DNA of 64,000 bases from Somniosus microcephalus (Eukaryota): the NCBI GenBank assembly GCA_052327205.1, contig CM126208.1, forward strand, positions 207,452,001 through 207,516,000, in the 5' to 3' direction. How positions within the stretch are numbered: position 1 is the first letter of the stretch; every line of letters starts with the position of its first letter. Shown piece after piece: positions 26,694 to 38,224 of this stretch. Both the position numbers and the translations under genes were made by a program. The notes under the pieces are model-generated. The model was not told the DNA's origin. It did no database searches and saw only the letters and a list, made by a program, of their open reading frames with translations.

Positions 26694-27033
26694 AATCACA
26701 GAAACCCCACAATGCAGATAGAGGCCATTTCGGCCCATCGAGCCTGCACCGACACATATCCCACCCGATCCCCGTAACCCCTACACCAACACATATCCCA
26801 CCCTATCCCCATAACCCCATGTATTTAATCCCCCTAACACTAAGGGTCAATTTATCATAGCCAATCAACCTAACCCGCACATCTTTGGACTGTGGGAGGA
26901 AACCGGAGCACCCGGAGGAAACCCACGCAAACACGGGGAGAATGTGCAAACTCCACACAGACAGTCACCCGAGGCGGGATTCGAACCCGGGTCCCTGGCG
27001 CTGTGAGGCAACAGTGCTAACCACTATGCCACC
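26694..27033 (-). mobile_element. tRNA-derived V-SINE (shark HE1-like)
   Basis: Minus strand shows A box (TGGCATAGTGG), B box (GGTTCGAATCC), V-domain GTGGAGTTTGCACATTCTCCCCGTG...GGTTTCCTCCCACAGTCCAAAGA and a CR1-like tail GGGCCGAAATGGCCTC. Possible TSD CGTGA (26689-26693 / 27034-27038). Confidence 0.9.
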
Positions 27034-30000
27034 CGTGAGTGACCAGGGTACAGTGTGAGGGACCAGGGGACAGTGAGAGGGACCAGGATCCATTGCGAGG
27101 GACCAGGGTCCAGTGTGAGGGACCAGGGCCCAGTGTGAGGGACCAGGGCCCAGTTTGAGGGACCAGGGTGCAGTGTGAGCGACCAGGATACTGTGTGAGC
27201 GACAAGAATACAGTGTGAGTGAAAAGGATACAGTGTGAGCGACCAGGATACAGTGTGAGCGATCAGGATACAGTGTGAGGGACCAGGGTCCAGTGTGAGG
27301 GATCAGGGTCCAGTGTGAGGCACCAGGGTCCAGTTTGAGGGACCAGGGTCCAGTTTGAGTGAACAGCGTGCAGTTTGAGCGACCAGGATACAGTGTGAGC
27401 GACCAGGATACAGTGTGAGGGACCAGGGTCCAGTGTGAGGGACCAGTGTCCAGCGTGAGGGACCAGGGTCCAGCGTGAGGCACCAGTGTCCAGCGTGAGG
27501 CACCAGTGTCCAGCGTGAGGCACCAGGGTCCAGTGTGAGGGACCAGGGTCCAGTGTGAGGGACCAGGGTCCAGTGTGAGGGACTAGGTTCCAGTGGGAGG
27601 GACCCGGGTGCAGTGTGAGAGACCAGTGTCCAGTGTGAGGGACCAGGGTCCAGTGTGAGGGACCAGGGTACAGTGTGAGGGATCAGGGTCTAGTGTAAAT
27701 GACCAGGATACAGTGTACGCGACCAGGATACAGTGAGAGCGACCAGGATACAGTGTCAGCGGCCAGGATACAGTGTGAGCGGCCAGGATACAGTGTGAGC
27801 GACCAGGGGATAGTGTGAGCGACCAGGGGACAGTGTGAGCGACCAGGGGACAGTGTGAGCGACCAGGGGACAGTGCGAGCGACCAGGGGACAGTGTGAAT
27901 AACCAGAATACAGTGTGAGTGACGAGGATACAGTGTGAGCGACCAGGATACAGTGTGAGCGACCAGGATGCAGTGTGAGCGAGCAGGATACAGTGTGAGC
28001 GACCAAGGTACAGTGTGAGCGACCAGGGTACAGTGTGATGGACCAGGATACAGTGTGAGAGAGCAGAGTACAGTGTGAGGGATTAGGGTAGTGTGAGGGA
28101 TCAGGGTACAGTGTGAGGGATCAGGGTATATTGTGGGGGATGAGCGTAAAGTGTTAGAGATCAGGGTATGCAGTGAGGGACCAGGGGACAGTGTGAGGGA
28201 CCAGGGGACAGTGCGAGGGACCAGGGGACAGTGCGAGCGACCAGGTTCCAGTGTGAGGGACCAGGGTCCAGCGTGAGGGACCAGGGTCCAGCGTGAGGGT
28301 CCAGCGTGAAGGTCCAGGGTCCAGCGTGAGGGACCAGGGTCCAGCGTGAGGGACCAGGGTCCAGCGTGAGGGACCAGGGTCCAGCGTGAGGGACCAGGGT
28401 CCAGCGTGAGCGACCAGGATAATGCGTGAGCGACCAGAATACAGTGTGAGTGAAAAGGATACAGTGTGAGCGATCAGGATACAGTGTGAGGGACCAGGGT
28501 CCAGTGTGAGGGACCAGGGTCCAGCGTGAGGGACCAGGGTCCAGCGTGAGGGACCAGGGTCCAGCGTGAGGCACCAGTGTCCAGCGTGAGGCACCAGGTT
28601 CCAGCGTGAGGCACCAGGGTCCAGCGTGAGGCACCAGGGTCCAGCGTGAGGGACCAGGGTCCAGTGTGAGGGACCAGGGTCCAGTGTGAGGGACTAGGTT
28701 CCAGTGGGAGGGACCCGGGTGCAGTGTGAGAGACCAGTGTCCAGTGTGAGGGACCAGGGTCCAGTGTGAGGGACCAGGGTCCAGTGTGAGGGAGCAGGGT
28801 GCAGTGTGAGCGACCAGGATACAGTGTGAGCGACCACGACACAGTGTGAGCGACCAGGATACAATGTGAGTGACCAGGATAGAGCGTGTGGGACCAGGGC
28901 GCAGTAAGAGAGACCAGGTTACAATGTGATGGGCCAGGGTACAGTGACAGAGAGCAGGTTACAGTGTGAGCGACCAGGGTACAGTGTGAGCGCACAGGGT
29001 ACAGTGTGAACACCCAGGATACAGTGTGAGGACCAGGGGACAGTGTGAGCAACCAGGGGACAGTGTGAGTGACCAGCGGAGAGTGTGAAGGACCAGGTTA
29101 CAGTGTGAGCGGCCAGGATACAATGTGAGCGGCCAGCGTACAGTGTGAGCGGCCAGTGTACAGTGTGAAGGACCAGGATACTGTGTGAGCGACCAGGATA
29201 CAGTGTGAGCTACCAGGATAGAGTGTGAGTGACCCGGGTACAGTGTGAGCGACCAGGGTACAGTGTGAGCGACCAGGGTACAGTGTGAGCGACCAGGGTA
29301 CAGTGTGAGCGACCAGGATACAGTGTGAGCGACCAGGTTACAGCGTGAGCGACCAGGTTACAGCGTGAGGGATCAGGGTACAGTGTGAGGGGCCAAGGGA
29401 CAGTGTGAGGGACCAGGGGACAGTGTGAGGTACCAGGGGACAGTGTGAGGGACTAGGGGATTGTGTGAGGGACCAGCGTAAAGTGTGAGAGTCCAGCATA
29501 CAGTGTGAGGGTCCACGGTACAGTGTGAGGGGCCAGGGTCCAGTGTGAGGGACCAGGGTCCAGTTTGAGCGACCAGGGTGCAGTTTGAGCGACCAGGATA
29601 CAGTGTGAGCGACCAGGATACAATGTGAGCGACCAGGATACATTGTGAGCGATCAGGATACAGTGTGAGCGACCAGGATACAGTGTGAGCGACCAGGGTA
29701 CAGTGTGAGGGACCAGGTTCCAGTGTGAGGGACCAGGGTCCAGTGTTAGGGACCAGGGTCCAGTGTTAGGGACCAGGGTCCAGTGTGAGGGACCAGCTTC
29801 CAGTGTGAGGGACCAGGGTCCAGTGTTAGGGACCAGGATCCAGTGTGAGGGATCAGGATCCATTGTGAGGGACCAGGGTCCAGTGTGAGCGGCCAGGATA
29901 CAGCTTGAGCGGCCAGGAGACAGCGTGAGCGACCAGGGGACAGCGTGAGCGACCAGGGGACAGCGTGAGCGACCAGGGGACAGTGTGAGCGACCAGGGGA

Positions 30001-32589
30001 CAGTGTGATGGACCAGGATACAGTGTGATGGACCAGGATACTTTGAGAGGGACCAGGGTACAGTGTGAGAGAGCAGAATACAGTGTGAGGGATCAGGGTA
30101 GTGTGAGGGATCAGGGTACAGTGTGAGCGACCAGGGTACAGTGTGAGCGCCCAGGGTACAGTGTGAGCACCCAGGATACAGTGTGAGCACCCAGGATACA
30201 GTGTGAGGACCAGGGGACAGTGTGAGCAACCAGGGGACAGTGTGAGGGACCAGCGGACAGTGTGAGCGACCAGGATACAGTGTGAGCGACCAGGGGACAG
30301 CGTGAGCGACCAGGGGACAGCGTGAGCGACCAGGGGACAGCGTGAGCGACCAGGGGACAGCGTGAGGGACCAGGGTCCAGCGTGAGGGACCAGGGTCCAG
30401 CGTGAGGGACCAGGGTCCAGCGTGAGCGACCAGGATACTGTGTGAGCGACCAGAATACAGTGTGAGTGAAAAGGATACAGTGTGAGCGATCAGGATACAG
30501 TGTGAGGGACCCGGGTCCAGTGTGAGGCACCAGTGTCCAGCGTGAGGCACCAGGGTCCAGCGTGAGGCACCAGGGTCCAGCGTGAGGGACCAGGGTCCAT
30601 TGTGAGGGTCTAGGTTCCAGTGGGAGGGACCCGGGTCCAGTGTGACAGACCAGTGTCCAGTGTGAGGGACCAGGGTCCAGTGTGAGGGAGCAGGGTGCAG
30701 TGAGCGCGACCAGGATACTGTGTGAGCGACCACGACCCAGTGTGAGCGACCAGGATAGAGCGTGTGGGACCAGGGCGCAGTGAGAGAGACCAGGTTACAA
30801 TGTGATGGGCCAGGGTACAGTGTGAGAGAGCAGGTTACAGTGTGAGCGACCAGGGTACAGTGTGAGCAACCAGGGGACAGTGTGAGTGACCAGCGGACAG
30901 TGTGAAGGGCCAGGTTACAGTGTGAGCAGCCAGGATACAGTGTGAGCGGCCAGCGTACAGTGTGAGCGGCCAGCGTACAGTGTGAGCGACCAGAATACAG
31001 AGTGAGCGACCAGGATAAAGAGTGAGTGACCAGGATACAGTGTGAGCGCCCAGGGTACAGTGTGAGCACCCAGGATACAGTGTGAGCACCCAGGATACAG
31101 TGTGAGTGAGCAACCAGGGGACAGTGTGAGCAACCAGGGGACAGTGTGAGAGACCAGTGGACAGTGTGAGAGACCAGTGGACAGTGTGAGCGACCAGGAT
31201 ACAGTGTGAGCGACCAGTATAGAGTGTGAGCGACCAGGGTACAGTGTGAGCGACCAGGGTACTGTGTGAGCGACCAGGATACATTGTGAGCGAACAGGAT
31301 ACAGTGTGAGGGATCAGGGTACAGTGTGAGGGGCCAAGGGACAGTGTGAGGGACCAGGGGACAGTGTGAGGTACCAGGGGACAGTGTGAGGGACTAGGGG
31401 ATTGTGTGAGGGACCAGCGTAAAGTGTGAGAGTCCAGCATACAGTGTGAGGGTCCACGGTACAGTGAGAGGGACCAGGGTCCAGTGTGAGGGACCAGGGT
31501 CCAGTTTGAGCGACCAGGGTGCAGTTTGAGCGACCAGGATACAGTGTGAGCGACCAGAGTACAGTGTGAGCGACCAGAATACATTGTGAGCGACCAGGGT
31601 ACAGTGTGAGGGACCAGGTTCCAGTGTGAGGGACCAGGGTCCAGTGTGAGGGACCAGGGTCCAGTGTGAGCGGCCAGGATACAGTGTGAGCGGCCAGGAT
31701 ACAGTGTGAGCGACCAGGGGACAGTGTGAGCGACCAGGGGACAGTGTGAGCGACCAGGGGACAGTGTGAGCGACCAGGGGACAGTGTGAGTGACCAGGGG
31801 ACAGTGTGATGGACCAGGATACAGTGTGATGGACCAGGATACTTTGAGAGGGACCAGGGTACAGTGTGAGGGAGCAGAGTACAGTGTGAGGGATCAGGGT
31901 AGTGTGAGGGATCAGGGTATAGTGTGAGGGATCAGGGTATATTGTGGGGGACGAGCGTAAAGTGTTAGAGATCAGGGTATGCAGTGAGGGACCAGGGGAC
32001 AGTGTGAGGGACCAGGGGACAGTGCGAGGGCCCAGGGCCCAGTGTGAGTGACCAGGGGACAGTGTGAGCGACCAGGGGACAGTGTGAGCGACCAGGGGAC
32101 AGTGTGAGCGACCAGGGGACAAGTGTGAGGGACCGGGGTCCAGTGTGAGGCACCAGGATACAGTGTGAGGCACCAGGATACAGTGTGAGGGACCAGGGTC
32201 CAGTGTGAGGGACCAGGGTACAGTATGAGGGACCAGGGTACAGTATGAGGGACCAGGGTACAATATGAGGGATCAGGGTACAGTGTGAGGGATCCGGGAA
32301 TATTGTGAGGGATCGGGGTATTAAGTGAGGGATCGGGGTGTAATGTGAGGAATCAGGGTATAATGTGAGGGACGAGCGTAAAGTGTTAGTGTTGTGTATT
32401 TGAATGTGTTAGAAATGTCCCCACATGGGATACCGTAGTTGTGATTTGCAATGCACTGTGGGAAATGTAGTGCATTGAGTGAAGAAGCACATTATAATAA
32501 AATGGCCATTACCTAAACACTCCACCCTGGAGTCTTTCTTTAATTGTTATAAAGATCAGGGTATAAAACCCCGTGAGACATAATAAAAT

Positions 32590-32600
32590 TGGCGACAAGG
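32590..32600 (+). promoter_or_regulatory. Primer binding site of element B, tRNA-Ser(GCU)-like
   Basis: TGGCGACAAGG is one mismatch from TGGCGACGAGG, the complement of the tRNA-Ser(GCU) 3' end as I recall it. Confidence 0.7.
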
Positions 32601-32885
32601 ACGAAGGACTTGCGCATCACTTTGCGCTGGAATCGGCGATGTTTAAAGTAAGTCACTTTGCACAGGAATCGGCGATGTTTAAAGTAAGAAGTTCCTGTCT
32701 TTTCTGAATGCATCAGCCCTAAACTGTGGGCGTGCCAATCACCTCGTAAAGGTGGCGGTTCGTGTGTTACACAAATAAGGGGAGAGTAACGATACAGTGA
32801 AACAAAGTGGAGAAAAAGGACTGTGATAAGGACTGGTAACAAAAAAATATATAAAATAAAAAAAATAAAAAAATAATTTTAAAAA

Positions 32886-35800
32886 ATGGCGATGCTAACC
32901 GGAGCCTTTGGACCATTTGATTTAACGGCGGAGCAATGGAGTGCTTATACAGAGCGTTTCGGATTTTTCGTGACTGCAAATGGCATTAAAGATGACATGA
33001 AAGTGGCAACGTTCCTCAGTCTGATCGGCACAAAAACATTTGGCTTGTTACGGAGTTTGATGCACCCGGATAAGCCCGGTGCTAAGACATATGATCAGAT
33101 TGTGGAAGTTTTGGAAACACATTTCGCACCCAAGCCGCTGCTGATTGCCGAGAGGTTCAGGTTTCACACACAAAACCAAGGGGAGGGTGAGTCCATAGCC
33201 GAATATGTTGCAGTGCTAAAGAAGCTAACTGAGCATTGAGTTCGGTGAAACTCTAAATGACACTGTCCGTAATAGGTTTGTGTGTAGATTAAGATGTGAA
33301 GCAACACAGAAGCGCTTGCTCATGACTGACAAACTGACACTTAATTCAGCAGTGGAGCTCGCTGTCTATGGAGTTAGCAGCTAAAGATGCACAGCTGTTG
33401 GGGGCTGCTATGAGAGTGCACAGGATAGCAGCTACACCGGATAAACATGCAAGGGGCGCCAGAGAGTGCTACAGATGTGGGAGGTCAGGTCATCAGCCAT
33501 CTGACTGCTGGTGCAAAGACCTGACCTGTCGGAAATGTGAAAAGAAAGGACACATTGAACGTGTGTATAAAGGGCAAAGCAAACAATCCTACACAGAGAC
33601 ACACAAAAACAAACAAAGAACCACACCTAACTGGCATTCTAAAAAGAAAAACCTACACTTGGTGAAACAAGAACAGGAAGACAGTGACACAGACTGTGCT
33701 GTCTTTCTTTAGGAATTTATGTTAGTTTTCCAGTTAATTCAGGGGTTTGAGTAATTTGGGTCGATTCCCATTGTGTGCCGCCACCTAGTGGATATTTGGT
33801 ACCTAGCAACTGCAGCAAAAGCGCAGTAAAGTGCAGTAAAGCACAATAAGTGCAGTAAAGTAAACTACTGTATATCACAGACCTACAGCCACACATGGTC
33901 TGGGAAGTTATATTGTTGCCACGCTTGAGCCTTGGATACTATTTGTCTGTAAGTACTTGAGAATGTTATAGATGATTAGTGTACACTATATTTTGCAGAA
34001 AATGTTTAGTTTGTAACTTTTCTCTGTAAGCAAACTTACACAGCTGGCCGTGAAGTGCTCACTCTCTGTCTAGCTGGTTAACTTGTAGCTGTATTTTGAT
34101 GCACTATGTACAGGGCTAATTTAAAGAGAATGCCTTCCAGTTTGCTAAATGTATATTCACAGTAAGCTGTGTTTCCATGTGTTTGGTAAGTTACATGCCA
34201 AATGTACTGTGTTGCTCAGGTGTACCTAAATTTGTGTATGCATATCAGTTATGTGCTTGTATACTAATGTGTGCTTCCATTTCTGTGTTGTATTTCAGTT
34301 TCACAATAAGAATCTTTCAGTAAAGTTTTACAAGAAAAGTCAAGCCTTGTGATTTTTATGGGAAAATATCAAGTTGTTAGCTACCTGTCTAGCTCTGCAT
34401 AGGAACGCGCTGCAAGGGCAGAATACAGACTCTGATGGGGAGAGGAATCTCCATGTGTTAACAGTGAATGGAGGCTCATCAGGCTATAGAGTCACTCCAC
34501 TACTAGAGGGAATACCAGTCAAAATGGAGCTGGATACAGGGGCCGCTGTCTCCTTGATCTCAGAGAAGCTATTCAAAGAAAAACTGAACCACCTATCATT
34601 GACGCTGGCCAAGCTCATCTTATAGACCTACACTGGGGAAACAGTCCCCATGCTGGGTAAGACGTAAGTCAAGGTGGAGCTTCATGGACAAACCGTGATG
34701 CTGCCAGTTTACGTGGTCAAGGGTGACTATCCATCCCTGATGGGCAGGCCATGGCTGGAGAAAATCCATCTGGATTGGGAAAAAGTGAATGCGGTGTCAG
34801 TCGAAGAGGCGGGGCTAGCGGCAGTGTTGACAAAGCATACAGCTGTCTTCGACGGAGAATTGGGGAGCATGAAAGGGATTACGGTCAAACTCAAGGTGAA
34901 GCCTGAGAGCCAGCCACGATTCCTGAAGGTCAGGAACGTTCCCTACGCCCTCAGACCAAAGGTGGAGGCTGACCTGGAGCGCCTGGTCAAGATAGGGGTC
35001 CTGGTGCCGGTTTCGCACAGTGAGTGGGCCACGCCCATGGTACCAGTGATGAAGAGAGATGGCACGGTTCGCTTATGTGGCGATTTCAAAGTAACAGTGA
35101 ATCCGGTGCTCTCAGCTGAACAGTACCCCCTCCCCATCATTGAAGATCTTTTCGCAGGTCTAGCAGGTGGTCAGAAGTTTAGCAAGATTGATCTATGCCA
35201 AGCCTACTTGCAGATGCATGTAGAAGAGGACTCACAGAAGCACCTCACCATCACCACCCACAAGGGCCTCTATAGGTACTGCCGCCTACCCTTTGGTATA
35301 ACGTCAGCACCAGCTTTGTTTCAGCGGCATTCCAGGGGTACGTTATCTCGACGATATCCTTGTCACAGGAAAGGACGACAACGAGCATCTGCAGAACCTG
35401 GCGAAGACACTGGGAAGACTTGAAGAACATGGCTTACGCGTTCGCAAGGACAAATGCGAATTTTTCAAGCCATCAGTGGAGTACTTAGGCCATGTCATCG
35501 ACGCGGACGGCCTACACACAGCACCGTCGAAAGTGAAAGCCATTGCCGATGCTCCTGCACCTACAAATGTCGGCCAGCTGCGGTCATTCTTAAGTCTCCT
35601 GAACTATTACGGAAAGTTTATTCCACAGCTGGCATCACTGTTGAAGCCATTACATGAGTTGCTGTGTCAGGGCAAGGCCTGGGCATGGACGAAGGAGTGC
35701 GAAGCTGCATTCAAGAAAGCCAAAGCAGCTTTGACTGACCCCAGAGTGTTGACGCACTTTGACCCGTCGTTGCAGATTCAGCTGGCCTGTGACGCGTCGC

Positions 35801-37308
35801 CTTATGGCGTCGGTGCGGTCGTGTCCCACATCTTTCCCTCAGGCGAAGAGAAGCCAATTGCATTCGCGTCAAGGTCCCTGAGCAAGGCGGAGCTGAAATA
35901 CCCGGTCAAAAAAGAGGCTTTGGGCATCATCTTTGGAATCAAAAAGTTCCATCACTACTTGTTCAGAAGGAAATTCACCTTGCTGACGGATCATCGTCCT
36001 CTGACATTGATCTTTGGTCCACACACAGGAATACCCTCCCTGGCAGCGGGCAGGATGCAGCGCTGGGTGCTGATGTTAAGCGCTCACAATTACAACATCA
36101 AATACTGGAGGTCAGCAGCACATGGCAATGCGGACGGATTGTCAAGACTTCCGCTGCCTGTGCCCTCTGAAGGCTGTGAGCAGAAGATTTTCTACTTTGA
36201 CATGGTGAGCAATGCCCCTGTCACGGCCCGGCAGGTCAAGAAAGAGACCAGAGTGGACCCTACGCTATCCAAGGTGCTGGATCGGGTAATGCGAGGAGAC
36301 GGATCACGGGTATCAGATGCACCACCTGAGCTCCTACCTTACCTGTCGAGAGGGAAGGAGTTGTCTGTCACGTCAGGATGCCTCCTTTGGGGCATGCGAG
36401 TGATCATACCACCAAAGCTGCGGAAACATGTCCTCAACGAGCTACACTCAGGACATTGTGGTATTGTCCAGATGAAGGAGCTGGCACGAAGCTACTTCTG
36501 GTGGCCCGGTCTGGATCATGAAATTGAAGTTGAAGCGAAATCATGCCCATCATGTGAGACAACCAGGGATACGCCACTGCATCCATGGCCAGCGACACCG
36601 TGGCAACGGATCCATCTGGATTTCACGGGACCAGTGGAAGGAGCGATGTTCCCGGTCGCGGTGGACTCCCATTCCAAATGGCCAGAGGTTGCAGTGATGT
36701 CCACTACCACTGCGGAGAAAACCATCGAGACTCAGAGAGATGTTTGGGCGATTTGGTCTGCCGGAGCAGATCGTAACCGACAATGGAACACAGTTCACAT
36801 CCCAGGAGATGGAGGAGTTCCTCAAGAGCAATGGAATCCAGCACACGTTCTCCGCGCCTTATCATCCATCCACGAATGGATTGGCGGAGAGATTTGTCAG
36901 AACGCTGAAACGCGCGTTGAACGACACTTTGTGGTGGGGGGCAATGTCCTCGCGCGTAACTACACCACCCCGGAGCGGTGGGTCCCGGCTACGGTCATTC
37001 AAAAGACGGGCCCCATTTCATACCGAGTCCGCACCAGAGATGACCGAACATGGAGACGGCATGTAGACCAGTTACTGCCAAGACAGTCGCCACAGGTAAC
37101 CCAAGAAACAGAGGATCAAGGACCTGCTGGGGGCTCCAGCAGGGACCGGTCGTCCAACCCTGAGACGGTGGCACCATCCACTCTTGTGCCATCGAGGGAG
37201 GAAGCCACATCTGCAGGGTCACGGGAGAGCCAGCCAGAGCCTGCTCCTGAGACTAGGCGTTACCCCCAAAGAGAAAGGCAGCCTCCAGAGCGCCTTATTT
37301 ACAGTTAG
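32886..37308 (+). pseudogene. gag-pol of element B, with multiple stops, frameshifts and deletions
   Basis: Gag WSAYTERF and two CCHC-type knuckles, protease LDTGAA, RT IDLCQAYLQ and YLDD (near 35343), RNase H ACDASPYG, integrase H..GH...CxxC, HLDF, TDNG and NGLAER. Confidence 0.9.
33695..34425 (+). mobile_element. Solo LTR, probably BEL/Pao type, nested in element B
   Basis: TGTGCTGTC...GGCAGAATA termini with 5-bp TSD CAGAC (33690-33694 / 34426-34430). Removing it restores the host frame ...SDTD|SDGERNLH. The BEL call rests on the style of the termini only. Confidence 0.7.
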
Positions 37309-37774
37309 TGCTAACCTGTGTGCATGGGGCAGAATAATCCCCAGGGTTAGTGGAATGTAGAGGTAGTCTACCCTCTCTTCCAAAGTTATAGTCATTTTCA
37401 GTTATTCTGTTTTGTGGACATTCTATTTTAAGGGGGAGGAATATGTTGTGTATTTGAATGTTAGAAATGTCCCCACATGGGATACCGTAGTTGTGATTTG
37501 CAATGCACTATGGGAAATGTAGTGCATTGAGTGAAGAAGCACATTGTAATAAAATGGCCATTAAAGAAAGACTCCAGGGTGGTGTTCAGTTAATTGTTAT
37601 AAAGATCAGGGTATAAAACCCCGTGAGACATAACAGTTAGAGATCACAGTATACTGTGAGGGACCAGGGGACAGTGTGAGGGACCAGGTGACAGTGTGAG
37701 GGTCCACGGTACAGTGCGAGAGACCAGGGTACAATGTGAGAGAGCAGGGTACAGTGTGAGGGATCAGGGTATAA

Positions 37775-38214
37775 TGTAGCACAGCGGGGTAGTCTTTGTT
37801 TTTAAAGTATCTTCGGGACGGCCGGTAACTGCCATCTCTGGTGTGGAACGACCCTGTATTGTCTTTAATGTCCCTCTTCGAACTTGAATCTGTTCCCCTT
37901 TGTCTGGGTAAACATTTAGATGGCCTTTATCTACAGGCTGATCTGATCGGATCTGCATCCAATCTATATGTATGGGGCTCTGTCTGGTTTCGTTTTCTGT
38001 GAAACTGCCTTCCAGAACCTACAGTGGGCTGAATCCACAAAAGCTGTCTGGGGACTGCAGGAAGCATTTTAAAGTGTCCCAAAAGCTGGTCACGGGGTCT
38101 GGCGGCCATTTTGTGTGCCCCTTTTTCTGGGCTTCTTTTAAACAGTCTTTAAAATTAAGGCCTTTTCCGCCAATAGACCCTTATAGGACAATGTTCAATT
38201 TTGCAAATTCTACA
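37775..38214 (-). mobile_element. Putative solo LTR (440 bp) at the satellite boundary, no TSD
   Basis: TGTAG...CTACA termini. Minus strand has a YY1-like AAAATGGCCGCC (38101-38112) and ATTAAA (near 37864). Flanks do not match each other. Confidence 0.45.
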
Positions 38215-38224
38215 AAGGATCAGA

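Larger units (their letters stand above)
32390..37635 (+). mobile_element. Ty3/Gypsy LTR retrotransposon, Mag-like lineage (element B), degenerate
   Basis: LTRs at 32390-32585 and 37444-37635; perfect TSD GTTAG (32385-32389 / 37636-37640); PBS TGGCGACAAGG at 32590-32600; PPT AAGGGGGAGGAATA at 37430-37443. Confidence 0.95.
1..37774. repeat. 20-bp G-rich tandem satellite/minisatellite array, interrupted by five retroelement insertions; continues beyond the window start
   Basis: Continuous 20-bp periodicity, consensus ACAGTGTGAG(G/C)GACCAGG(G/A)T. Blocks: 1-929, 1893-13396, 17746-20689, 25070-26693, 27034-32389, 37636-37774. Strong G-over-C strand skew. Confidence 0.98.

Noticed and set aside
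26960-27033. tRNA gene
   Set aside because: The A and B boxes belong to the SINE head and continue into the V-domain.
217-32263. Dozens of long minus-strand ORFs with HTVPWSLTLYPGPSHCTLVP repeats (up to 546 aa)
   Set aside because: The 20-bp monomer lacks stop codons on the minus strand and gives the same 20-aa cycle in all three frames. Indels and stops appear scattered, with no sign of coding constraint.
1-37774. CRISPR-like array
   Set aside because: Head-to-tail monomers without unique spacers, no cas genes, and a eukaryotic context.
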